In this document: positions 52,901 to 64,000 of the stretch, piece by piece | Layout of the letters: each line of letters starts with the position of its first letter | Position numbering within the stretch: position 1 is the stretch's first letter | DNA from: Amoebophrya sp. A120 | Lineage: Eukaryota; Protista; Dinoflagellata | DNA length: 64,000 nucleotides | Direction: 5' to 3' | NCBI GenBank assembly: GCA_905178155.1 | Contig: CAJINV010000008.1 | Coordinates: forward strand, 1,054,001-1,118,000 | Translations under genes and position numbers: made by a program | Notes under the pieces: generated by a model | The model's input: the letters and a program-made list of their open reading frames with translations, nothing else | What the model was told of the DNA's origin: nothing | Databases searched by the model: none

Positions 52901-55900
52901 CTGCCGTACACGCAAAACCAGAAATTGCTTGGGTTCAACGCCTTGTTGGCTTCCATAGTAATCGATCACCTGGTTGCCGAGTTGCGGCAAATGGCGGCCT
53001 TCCGGGAGGACGAGCAGAGTAGTACCACGGCCACTTTCAAAACTTTCACCGAGTGGACGGAACGTGCGCAAGGGCTGTTGCAGCACATTCAGGATTTACT
53101 GCAAGATAGCTACCTCTTTCAGGCGAGCAAGGTCGACGCCTCGAACAGAGTTAGTACGTCCAATGGCGCGGTCAATGAAGGGGAGGCGCTGCAACAAGTC
53201 TACATTCTCCTGCAAAACCGCATCAGTTTCTTCCGGAATATCAAGGTGTTGAAGTTGGATCTGCTGTGCCAGCTGGTGAAAAAGCTCGCGCTCGACTGTC
53301 ACATCTCGCACTTGGTCGACTTGTCCCCCGTTTTTGCATTTACCAAAACACGGGACCCTTTTGATAAGTCGGAGAACAGTGCCGAGACCCCCGCGGAAGC
53401 GAGCAAGCTGCACTTCAAGAACAGCTTCCGGGACATTCGCACAGTGGAGCAAATTTTAATCAACTTTCACGACGTCCTGAAGAAAAACGCCGAGTACGTG
53501 TGCACCACGAACTTCTACGCCTTGGAGCGGGGCGGCGGCGGCATTGACCTGACGACGGCCACAGCGTTTCGGAAGCAGGGGTCAAAAACGCTGTTCGACC
53601 CCCCAAACCGGGGCGGGGGCCCGGGGGGGCGCGGTAACAGCGCTCACGTGACTTTGTCGATGCAGATGCGGAAGAAGCTGGGTGAAGTGCTAGAGTGGTT
53701 GTACCTAGACGGTTGGCTTCTGTCTGAGCAGGAGAATGACTACCTGCTGTCGCATCTCCCAACCGATTTGCTGAAGCACTTGTGCTGCCACGCTTCCGGT
53801 CGCCCGTGCTGCATCCGACACAACACGCTGGTCGCACACGAGACACACGACGCTGACTCCATCGCGTTGCTGCCTGGCGTAGTTGCTTCTGCCGGTTCAT
53901 CTTCGGGCAGCGGCGCGGGAGCGTCGTCTTCGTCCTCGAGTCACCAGCCCCAAGGTATTCTTGGCATGGATGCCGTGCCGTGCAGCACCACCTTCACGTT
54001 GGCACTCCTCCGCAAACTACGCAGATTGGGGTCGCCAATCATTGAGCAAGAGATTCGCAACATGCTTCAGCGCGCCCAGGAGAAGAACAAGGAACAGTGC
54101 CGCGACACCCAATTCGCGTGGTCTGTCGCCATTGTGGAAGAGGAAATGGCGCGGGACCGGCTAGCTGCCTTGCTGGAGAAGCACGAAGGAAGTGGTAGCT
54201 CTTCCACCAACAGTCACCGAGCTTCGTCGGTTAAGTCGAACAGCAGCCCGCCCTCGGGGGCGGTTGACGGGGGAAACAGTGCTTCGCCGCCGGTGATTCA
54301 GATCGAGCGGCCGCTGAAAAGGCTCAAACTCGCAGTGCCAGACGAGGAAGAGCTGGACCTAAATATTCACAAGGAAAAGGCGACCGCACCACATTTGCAT
54401 AGATACTTCTACTGCGCAACTACAAGAAAAGCCCCATGTCCATACTCATATTTAGCTCCGTCCTAAAAAGGACTAACCTGCTAAAAAAAAGGCTCATTCA
54501 CCCTGCCGCCATTTTTCACGTGAACAGATTTTAGGTTTTACCTATGCGATGGGGTGCTAGTGGTCATTTTCTTTGTGATACTGATGACCGCGTACATAGA
54601 GCTGGGCCGTTTGTACAAAGAAGCCGAAGAAAACCCAAAGAAGCTGCTGGAAAAGCTGCGGGGCGTGGCAAAGTTCCGTGCCTACCTCTTCCACTACATG
54701 GCCAACACGCGCGCCATATCCTTTGCAAACTTTGTGTCGTACTAGTAGAAATCGCATGGGAAATTATTTCCCCAGCATGAGAAATGAGATTCAAAATCAA
54801 ATTTGTATATGCGGACTTAAGCTTGTGATTATAAAGATGAAAGAAAATTTAGCTTTAGGCTCCGAGTCGTGCGATACTAGTATTGCAATGCATACGCCGA
54901 GTACCTTCGCTTGGAGCAGTTTGGTCCGGGACCCGAGGCCGCAATGCAGCAGCGGACCATTTCCGGGTTGTCGGTGCAATCGTTTTCTGGAGGTATCTCA
55001 ATCTCTAACTTTCCGGCACAGGTTTTGATGGAGACTTTCCAGAAATTAGCTATAATAAAAGCTGCACATCGAGTTCGTTTCAGTAGCTGCGCATTCGGTT
55101 TGGCTTAGGTCGAAGTACATGCGCAGCAAGCGTATGCATGTTGTCACACCAGTAATTGATAAAAGTAAAACTGAATCAGATTCAGCCAGCCCGGTGAATG
55201 TGAACGGCGGCGTGGTGGGCACCCGCATTGCGAAGGTCTGCGAAAACGAACTGCTGGACCAGGACGAGAAGTCGATTCTTCCAAGCAGCAAGACGCGGGA
55301 GCCAACTTTTTTCATTCGCTCAGCCCGGATGCTGGCGCTGAAGCAGTGGGAACGCGTGGGCGGAAGCTCCGAATTGCAACGGGCAATGGCGGAGGCGCCG
55401 CTGTTGAACGTGCCTTGGTTTGACAAGTGGCGCAACGACGGGCAGGCCCAGGACCTAACTGGGTACATGGGCGGGTCTAAACTCCCGAAATGGTTGCCGT
55501 ACCAGGACTTCAACCGGGAACAGGAGTACCAAAACGCTGAGACCGTCATTAGCGGGTTTGCAGTGCATCTGGATCAGTCTACGCTCGAAGAGCACCTACG
55601 AAACGTCACGCGGTTTCCTCAGGACACACAGCGCCGCCTGGTCGGTGCCTTGGCGCTTCGTCTGAGTCGCTGCGGGCAGGAACGCGCGGTACTAGTTTTA
55701 GACGAAGCGGTTACAGTTTGTTGTTAGTATCAATATGACGACCTTTATTCACGTTCGAAACTTCATCTTTTTACCTGCTTAGGGCAGTTTGCAATTTGAA
55801 AGATACTTGTGTTGCAGTCAAGACCAAATGATGTTGAATGTAGAGGATCTTCTTCATAATCATAGCGATAACGATATTCAGTACTCTGCTGCTGCTGGCA

Positions 55901-58900
55901 TATTTAAATCTTGACTTTTATTTCTGATCCACATAACACGCAGGTTACAAAGCCGACAAACTACGAAGAGAAATTGGCACAGTGGGCGCGGATGAGTCAG
56001 TCCTTCAACACGAATTCACCGCTTTCAGCAGCATTTCCTCCGGGATACCTGAATATTCTGCTCTACTTCCTCGGGGATGAAACGCTGCGCAACCTGTACC
56101 AACAGAAGCAGCTGGCAAACGAGCAGATAATATCCCAGTGGGATTATTTTTACCTGTCAACAAGCTCTACGACGGAGCAAATCGCTCAGTTCCGCTTCCT
56201 GCCGCACTTTTTGTCGGTCGTGTGGAGTGCACCCAAAAACTCAGTCCTGTACTTCTTTCGAGAGCTCATGGAAAATCCCAAGCCGTACGCTGAAAAGGAC
56301 GAGGAATGCTGGCTTCCGGGAATGGAGATCGACATTCGCGAGGTAAGCTCTAGGGACCGAATGACTACGACGACAAGTAGTTGTGCCTTAGTACAAATTG
56401 ATGTGTGATGTTGTGTCCTGTGTATCATTCGACTGGTGACGAGGACGGTATGAAAATGAATCTGTGACAGCGCTGCTGTCTTCATTTTTGTGAACCCGGC
56501 GCGCGATCTGTTCTTTTTCTTGCATGGTATGAAAAGTATAGGATCTTAGGACGAAAAATAAAGGGCTCCTTGTCCATACAGAGTCTTCAGCCGCCTAGAA
56601 ACAACTAAACGAACTTCTCAGGTTTGCACGAGCGCAATGAAGGACCACAAGCTAAGTAACATGTCGCGGTTTTGCCTCTGCCCGAACGGACATCCGTATT
56701 ACATTGGGGATTGTGGGCAGGCTTACACCCAGGCGAAATGCCCGGAGTGTGGCGAGGACGTCGGTGGATCGGCGCACAACCTGCTCGCTACCAATAAACG
56801 CATGTCGAACGACGACGAATCCGCTCCGGGTTACACGCACAACGTCAGTTTCGATGCTTATGAAGAACAAAATTCGCGGAAGCCGAAGGGGAGCAACAAA
56901 GATTACTACTCCGCGCGACGGTCTCTGACAACCCCGAGTTACGTGTGCGTGACCAGGTTGCTGACCCACGCGGCGATGTGGTGTGGGCTGGTGATGCGAA
57001 GCAACCAGGTGCTCGAGGGCGTCATGCAGACGGGAGGCGCCGCCCAGCAGAGTACCGCGGCGTCCTCCTCATCCTCCGGGCAGCAGACCGGCACCTTCTA
57101 CGCAAAAATTGTGAATAATGAGTACGTGCGTCCCGAACTGGTGAGAAACGAGATGAAATGGGTCCGCCACCAGTTGGTCCTCGACTGGAGGCTCTTGTGC
57201 GAGTTTCTTTCCAGCAACGGAGAGGAGGTGGCGAAGTTTTTGCACATCCTCATCGATCGAATGTACCGCCAACCCGAGCGAGCCAACATGGGTAGTGCGA
57301 ACCATGCGAATTCCGAGGTGGAGACACAGGAGTGGCGCATCGGCATTGAAGAAGCGAGGCGCAACGAGCTGTCGGAAGTTTGGCAGCTCCCGTACTCTCG
57401 AGACAAACGCAAGCAGTGGGAGACCTGCTTCGTCGGGGCCTACTTGGAGGAGCTGGTTCCCACGTCCGGTTTACGAAAAGTCGAACTGACGCAAGCAGAC
57501 CAACGCTGGCAGAACGTGGACGGGCCATTTCTGGTTGAACTCAGGGAAAATTACGATATCAGGTATACCGACTTCTTAGGCTTGTTGAGTAAGGGAAATA
57601 AAGGGATTTAGCATGAAGAGATTGATTATAACTTTAATTCTCTCTGCCGAGCGCGGGCTTCCTTTGTTACATTTGAAATGTGGTGACATCACAGAAAGAG
57701 AAACGAGAATGACAATGAGGCTCAATGTGGTCCTCGGAAATTTCTTTGATGTACATGTATGTCTATGTGTGATTTTGCGACGTACAAAGGGGAATCGGTG
57801 AAAAAATGTGAAGACCACGTACGAGTAAAAAAAAATGTAAAAAAAAATCAAAATCTTCATGCTGATCGAAAACGAAAACAGCTCTTATCCACTCAAGAAG
57901 CGGCACCAGGAGGAAACGCTGCTCTGGTCCTATCGATCCGACCCGACGCTGGAAGTGCTGCAACAGCGCACCACGGAAGCCCGGAACCCGATTCTGTCAC
58001 ACCTGTTCAAGATTTACACCCAGTTCGCCTGCCTGGAACACCTGTCGGACGTGCTGAATTTTCAGCGGTACGTGACCTCGTTTTATTCGCACCGGAAAAC
58101 GAAACAAGAAGCGCAAAAAATGACGGTTGCCGACATGTTCGAAGAGGTGAGGAGGGGGCATTTTGCGAACAACAACGCGGTGAATCACGTGATAAACCGC
58201 ACCGACAGCAGTTCGTCCTCCTCGAGTAGCAGTGCTGGTGCAGGTGCAGTGCCTGGAGCTGGCCAACATCTGCACCAGGCAGCCGGAGCAGGGACGACGG
58301 TCACGAGCAGCGCAGCAGCGGGAGCAACGTCCTCTGGTTCACCTGCCACTTCTTCGTCGGCGTTGTTGCTGGAGAACTTGGAGAGGGCCTTCCAGGGCTT
58401 CGCAAGCGCTTGGAATGCTGGATTCGGGTCGTGGATCAAGCGTTGGGAGTGTTTGGACGTGCCGGAAGTGTATTTGAACACGAAGATGTCGCTCGACACG
58501 AAGCTCATCTTCTGCCTCGCCTCCGAAACCGACGAGGGAATCTGCTCTCTGGCCCTCGTCCAGAGCATGTGTGAGGCGCACAACGCGTTTTTGGATCGCA
58601 TCCGCGAACAGGAGAAGGACCTGGTGCGGCAAAACTACAAGATCAACCGACGGAAGGAGCAACAAATGAACGGGCGCAACAGCGCCGGAACAAATAAGCC
58701 ATCCTACGTGGATGAGGAGGACGCGCTGGACGAGGAGGAGAACATTAATTCGCTGTTGCAGGAAATCGACGCGAAAGAGATCAGTACCCGGGACGTGGTG
58801 CAGCGCAGCGACTGCCTCTCCTTCCACCTGGAGGAACTGCTCGCTTGGGTCAAGGACCGCGCCTGCAAATTCGTCGAGGGCGGCAGCATCGACTTCGACA

Positions 58901-60140
58901 TGGACAAGATCGAGCAGTTTCTGGTGGAAACATTCCAGTCCAAGCGGAAGGTGAATCTGGAGCTGAAACTGGTGCGGTTTACCTTCCAGGACGCCAATAA
59001 GTTCCGGAGCAACCTGACGGCTTTAAAGGCGCGCGTTGCCTCCCTCAAGTCGGTCAGCAGTCTGAAGCCGTTATCCCCGGAGGACACAACGCTGCTGCGT
59101 GACCACTTCGGCAACAACCCGCAGTTTGCCGAGGCCTTCCAACGAAATCTAGACCTCGTGGCAAATCTGTTGCTAAAAACGTTGGACGTGTCCTCGTCTT
59201 CGTCAGGGGCGGGCGGCAACAATAAACCAGGAACACCAAGGACGGCGCAGCAAGAGGAGAAGCCGCAGGCCTCCATCAACTCCCAGCTGTATTTGGAGTA
59301 CTGCCAGACGGTGCTCATGTTGGACGAGAGCCAAATTCAGGAAGCGTGCGGGCTGGCAGCCATGCCGGTTGTCAGGAGATTGAAGGTGCTTCAAATTGTG
59401 GACGTACTCGAAATTTTGGAAAATCTCGCGTCAGATTTGTTTGACAAGGTGCCCATTCAATTCAAAACACCGCTTCCGGAGGAGCTCAAGGCGGTGCTGG
59501 ATGAAATGAAGGTAGATGTTGACATTTTTGATAAAAATGATGGTGTTAGTTTTTTGCATCAGAATCAAAATCACGAAGAAAAACAAATTGGAGTGTCTCG
59601 TTTAGATTAGTATGTGTGCTAGCACTGCTACACTTACCGCTAGAAGTTGCAGACAAAGCGGAACAAGCATGCGTCCTTTATTCTTCATGGTGGTTGCAAT
59701 GGCATCGAAATCAATTCAATCACTTTTTACAGCCGAATGTTGACGTGCCGGTCTTGTTGAACGCCTTGAAGACGTACATTGTGGAGAAGATGCAGTTTGA
59801 GACTAAGGCGGGCAACGACCTGAAGACCTACTTAATGTACGTCGAACTCGGGAATGAGGAGGACGAAACTCTCGAAGATAAGCCCTGGTTTGACATGTAT
59901 TTTCCGGCATCCCTTGAGCACAGGCACGTTGTTGCGATTCACAACTACCTCGACGACGAGATAGACAAAGTAGCTGGGGAAGACGACAGGGACGACGAGG
60001 ACGATGCTGATGTGTTAGTACCATCAAAGAAGAGCGGTGAAGGCGCTTCCAAAATTGGTGAGGATGTCGAGATGGGCGGGGTGACGCCAAACGCGCAACC
60101 AAAAACGGGCGGGAAAGAAACGCTGCTTCCTCCTGCGTGA
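34978..60140 (+). CDS. RNF213: Giant RNF213/mysterin-like E3 ubiquitin ligase (dynein-like AAA+ ring plus RZ-type zinc finger), roughly 7,500 aa, about 12-13 exons including a ~17.8 kb exon (36539-~54387)
   Basis: IIMGETGCGKT, FLDEIN, ACCNPYR, LVYRVHQLPESL, VSLRD, IALNEALRENLF, FVIGKPGCSKSLA, VVLLDEVGLAEESPHLPLKVLH, GISNWSLDAAKMSR, GLREFYS, FGSSFPDD, LYESLYDLLNQ, PPLLNRFEK; RZ finger CPNGHPYYIGDCG..CPECG..VGG..H at ~56675. In-frame GT-AG introns at 35194-35462, ~56343-56621, ~57563-57881 and ~59512-59732. Confidence 0.92.
35961..36239. mobile_element. Introner (family G)
   Basis: TATCCTGAGTAAAAACGTACCCA.ACCAGAGT / ACTCTGGCGTGGGTACGTTTTTACTCAGGATA; TSD GCGGG. Confidence 0.92.
36283..36533. 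mobile_element. Introner (family A)
   Basis: TATGAAATGTAAAAATGTCTGGGTCTGGAAGA / TCTTCCAGACCCAGACATTTTTACACTTCATA; eroded TSD TTGCG/TCGCA. Excision gives ..FEIFLA|DGTTK.. in frame with the 5998-aa ORF. Confidence 0.9.
54717..54894. mobile_element. Degenerate introner (family B)
   Basis: TATCCTTTGCAAA..TGTCGTAC / GCGATACTAGTATTGCAATGCATA; TSD CGCCA/CGCCG. Excision gives NTRA(E/K)YLRLEQ in frame. Confidence 0.82.
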
Positions 60141-61618
60141 ATGAAAGACGTTTTCACGAGCTTCACCTACTTGTAGCTTTTGTCCATCGTAGTTCCAGCA
60201 TTTTTGAGATAATCCTCCTCCTCATCCTCTGTAAAAGAAAATCTGGTCGTAGCCAAAGAATTCTAAAGTCAGACGAGACAGTGGATGTTGTTGAGCTTTG
60301 TTTTATATCGAGCCAAGAAGTCAACTTGTCAGAAACAGGTCCTACTAGTTTCCACGGCTCTACTACCCACGGATTTTTTCAGCGTCTCGCAGGAGCGACA
60401 GTAGCCTTTTCTTGAAATAGCGCTACGCAAGAGGTGAGTCATCGCGTTTCCACCTTTTCGCATGAACACAAAGAAACAAGTCAACTTGCGTTTTTGGGGT
60501 CGTCTCTATTCTCATTCTGCATTTTTCATTAACGAAAAATGAAAGAAAATCTTGAAAGGCATCTGCAGAGGCGCGGCTGCGCACGCATTTTTCATTTTTT
60601 GTGCCATTTCGAATGCAGTCGCGGTTGTCCTCTGACAAGGATGTTGCGAATTAATGAACAGAAAATTTTTCCAAAGACTTTTTCAATGGTTAAGATTAGT
60701 CACGTGCTTGTGGTTCCTTCGTTGATTTGTTTTTGTTGACAGATGATCGGTAGAACAATGACGAATTTATTTCGTCCTCGTAAGCATTTTTGAAATTTTT
60801 ACATAGATTTGTTTCTATCCGGGCCATCATGTTGCTATGTGTGCCATACATGATGCTGATGCCGGTCTTCATGTACCCACGACTGTCTGTGTGGCTAGGC
60901 TATTTCTGGGTGTTTTGAATTTGATGTAGACCCACTCGTATAGTTTTTTCTATGTATGAGCATGTCCGCTCTGGTTAGGTGTCGCGAAGCACAATGAATT
61001 ATCAGCTTTACGAGCGCGAATGTCGTCCTCGCTCCAAGAACCCGCAAACTAGCCAGCAATATCAGCAATCTATAGCTAGACTGAGAGTTCTTAACAGTGT
61101 TGAGAGAGGAGGAGTAAGAGGAGGTTGCAAACGGTTTTTGGGAACGTCATGTCCTGGAGATTGTAAAGATTCAATGACTTACTTGCGCAACCTTTGTTTC
61201 TTTGTTCTGTATAACTCGTTCAAATGTTGATTGTTGAAGCAGGTGGCCTGAGGTTGGGCCCGCAGCGGAGAGGAATGAACATATGATGTCGCTCATCCCG
61301 TCGACATAGATATTGCACCATCTGATGATATGGCATCACATCATGAATGTCGACGCAGCCAAAATAGCCCTCTTCCGTCGCAGCAGCAGAGATTATCCTC
61401 AAATGCATCCAGTGAAAAAGCGGTTGAGACACGGGGATGATGAAGACGTGCTGAGGTCGTCGTGGAGTGGAGGAACCCGCGCCAGACCTTAGTAAGATCG
61501 GACAACCCCTGGTCGTGGGCTATGCTCTGCCTGTAGAAGAGTCACCGTGCCGGTCGTGAGTATGTTGCGCAGACGAGGATCACATCCTTGTAGCAATGGC
61601 TGCTTGCACTTGTTAAAA

Positions 61619-63464
61619 ATGTACATCAGCCTCCACCTCGCTCTTCACTTGGGTGATTGGTTTTGTGGCGCTGCAGCACTGCAGGTCTATTCCTCCGCAG
61701 TACGCCAGGGCCGGACCACGAGAGTTGGCGTCGGCGCGCTGCAGGAACATGAATCGCAAGTGCATCAGCACACGCGACTACACACTCGTGCAGGCCTAAG
61801 TTCCAGCAACAGCGCAGCAGCTGGAGAAGAAGTGCACCGCGGGCAGAAAAACTTTTTTGACGACCTTACCGAGAAACTCACGATACCCTTTATGGAGACC
61901 CAGAACTTTCGCAGCTTCATTGGGCTCAGCCATAGGCAAAGGCCAACGTGTAACTGCGGTTGCTGTATACTTGCCTCGCACAGTACCGCCTACCCAACCT
62001 GTGTGCCGGTTCACTTCGGACAGACCTTCGAAGCACACTCGACGCTGGACTGCGAAGTTATCGCAACTGGTACGTGTAGGTTCAGTAATTTTGGTAGAAG
62101 TGGTTGTACATGATCTACGTCGACTTCTTGTTATCCTTCTCACCCAGTAGGTTAAGGTTTTATTTCCGTGTCCGCACCCTGCTATCGCTAATAGTAATAT
62201 CGCTATACGCCATGGTATTGGTAAGTGCAACTGGTACTGGGATGTTCGTATTTGTAATTTTTCAAAAATCCGAATCAAAACCCCTTGACAAGGTCAACCC
62301 GAAAGTGGACAATGTGTCGCGGGAGAGGGTGCAGTTTTCATGGAAGTTGGTTCTGAGGTGGACAAGGCACATTTCTGCTCTACCAACTGCGAACCCGCGG
62401 CCATGTTTGTCAGAACTCATACTGCTGCGCCGGCTGCGCCCAACACGGGCAACGCGAATGCTGCGCCTGCGCCCAGTCTTTTGCAGCCGGAGCACCAGAA
62501 GCCTCCCGGACCGGAGTGCGTGGCGGTGAGCAACGTGAGTCTTTCTCGGCTGGGACTGGATCCCAACGACGGATCGTCGCACACGAACAGTCTGAATCTG
62601 AACCTGCAAAGCTGCGATAGCTACGTGATGCAACTCTACGGTGGGAGTGCGGCCAGCAAGAGCTGCGCGTTTGCACGGTTCGCGATGAACGGCGAGCTTC
62701 CCGACGAGTCTTGCGCAGAGGAGGCGGTCTGCGACAGTACCGCTGCCATGTTGCACAAGTTGCTCCCCACCTTCGACGATAACACAGACTGCGCTTGCCA
62801 GCTGTGCACCAAGCTGACGCACTGGTACGACTCCAAGGGCGACGTCGCCTGCAGCAACGGGGAGAGCGTCCGCCTGGCCTGCCAGGTGTGCACGCAACCG
62901 ATGTCCGCCAGCGGTTGCGACGCTTTCAAGGTGCAGCACCTCACGCCAGCGGTACAGGAGTTCAACGAACGGGAGGGCACGTCGTTTTCGCCCGTCAACG
63001 TGGACATGTGTATGCTGGATCTGTATAACAACGTGCCCTCGGCGGCCTCCCAGCTGAGCGGCTTCTGCAGCCAGGCGCTCGCGGATGAGGTTGGTACCAA
63101 AGCAGTAGCGACGTTGACGGTGGAAGAGTTCGACTTGAACACACAGTGCACCTGTAGCATGTGTGTGCACTACTCGACCGCAATCGAAGCGAATGCAGTG
63201 CAGGAAATCAAGGACAAATGCAAATCCTGTGTCGCCGTGGATTTCACTGCCGCGACCGTGGAATCTTGTGCCAGTTTCCGCTCCGACACGTTCAACAGTG
63301 CGGGCGCCGCGTGGTCGAACTTGAAGCCTGGAGAGTTAGAGACCTGCACGTTAGCAGGGTTCAACAAAACCCCACCGGAGTACACGCGGCTTCTCAACGG
63401 GCTCTGCACCAAGAATTTCATCTGCGACGCCCTGCAGAACGTGGTACTTACGCCGCTTCAGTAG
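61619..63464 (+). CDS. Secreted Cys-rich repeat protein; exons 61619-62069, 62293-63464, may continue further 3'
   Basis: Signal-like N-terminus MYISLHLALHLGDWFCGAAA; GT-AG intron 62070-62292 in frame; CNCGCC...FCSTNCEP module followed by repeated CxCxxC..C..C..C units. Confidence 0.75.
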
Positions 63465-64000
63465 TTCTCTTGTATTTGTAATCAGGAATACTAGAGAAAT
63501 AGATATAGATCTAGAATCAACTGAGAAGTAAAAACAGTATTCCTATTCATTGAGACTCGCTCTGTTTTCTTCTCTTCTTTCATATGGAGAAAGCAATAGC
63601 AAAATAAATGTGAAACGCGAATGCTGTCACTGGAACTCTGGTCTGTAGGATGGCATGGATCATAAAGTCACCAATGGCAATGATATTGACTTTGGTGCAA
63701 CACGTACAAGGCGGATGTAAATAAAATTTCTGTTGATCATGTTTCGATAAAACATGCACAGGCAACGAGCTTGGGGACAATACCGACCGGCGATGCAGCA
63801 AAGTGCCCCTGCTTGATGTGCCTTGAGATGCGGAAATATTTGGCATCGGGAGGGCAGGGGTGCCAGCATGCGCTGGCTGTACAGAAAGCGTGTCAGACTT
63901 GTGCCGCCAAGTCAGATAGCAGAATTGTTACTCTCCCAGTATGAAGTAGAAGTTGGCTGGCTTGACACGAGGATGACTTTGGTCACCGTCCGTTCCAGGA

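Noticed and set aside
30867-59318. Long minus-strand ORFs (e.g. 30867-32147, 37409-38455, 42827-43936, 46730-47647)
   Set aside because: Antisense shadows of GC3-rich + strand coding sequence; no motifs.
1-64000. CRISPR arrays, rRNA, tRNA, prokaryotic operons
   Set aside because: No repeat-spacer arrays or recognisable structural RNA seen by eye; the repeats present are dispersed TIR elements in a eukaryotic context.

Overview
Eukaryotic, intron-containing genomic DNA, not prokaryotic. All credible genes lie on the + strand. Their proteins are expanded by low-complexity G/S/A/Q inserts, and many introns are non-canonical with terminal inverted repeats. This combination most resembles the parasitic syndinian dinoflagellate Amoebophrya (inference from architecture, no search run). 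Recognisable genes: a membrane-anchored SAM methyltransferase, a coiled-coil/Zn-finger protein, a rhomboid protease, an Fpg/MutM DNA glycosylase, a ~25 kb RNF213 (mysterin)-like AAA+/RZ-finger E3 ligase gene (roughly 7,500 aa), and several orphan secreted/Cys-rich proteins. The main hidden structure is a set of 12 MITE-like introner elements (151-431 bp; TAT...ATA ends; 5-bp target-site duplication) inside coding sequence. Removing an element plus one TSD copy restores the reading frame. They fall into several unrelated TIR families, occur in both orientations, share an internal GCAT(G/T/C)ACAA(A/G)T motif and cluster around 38-58 nt micro-exons. A separate 1.1 kb TTAGGG...CCCTAA-terminated TIR element with a 5-bp TSD is nested in an intron. 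Exon models were assembled by eye and need RNA-seq confirmation.
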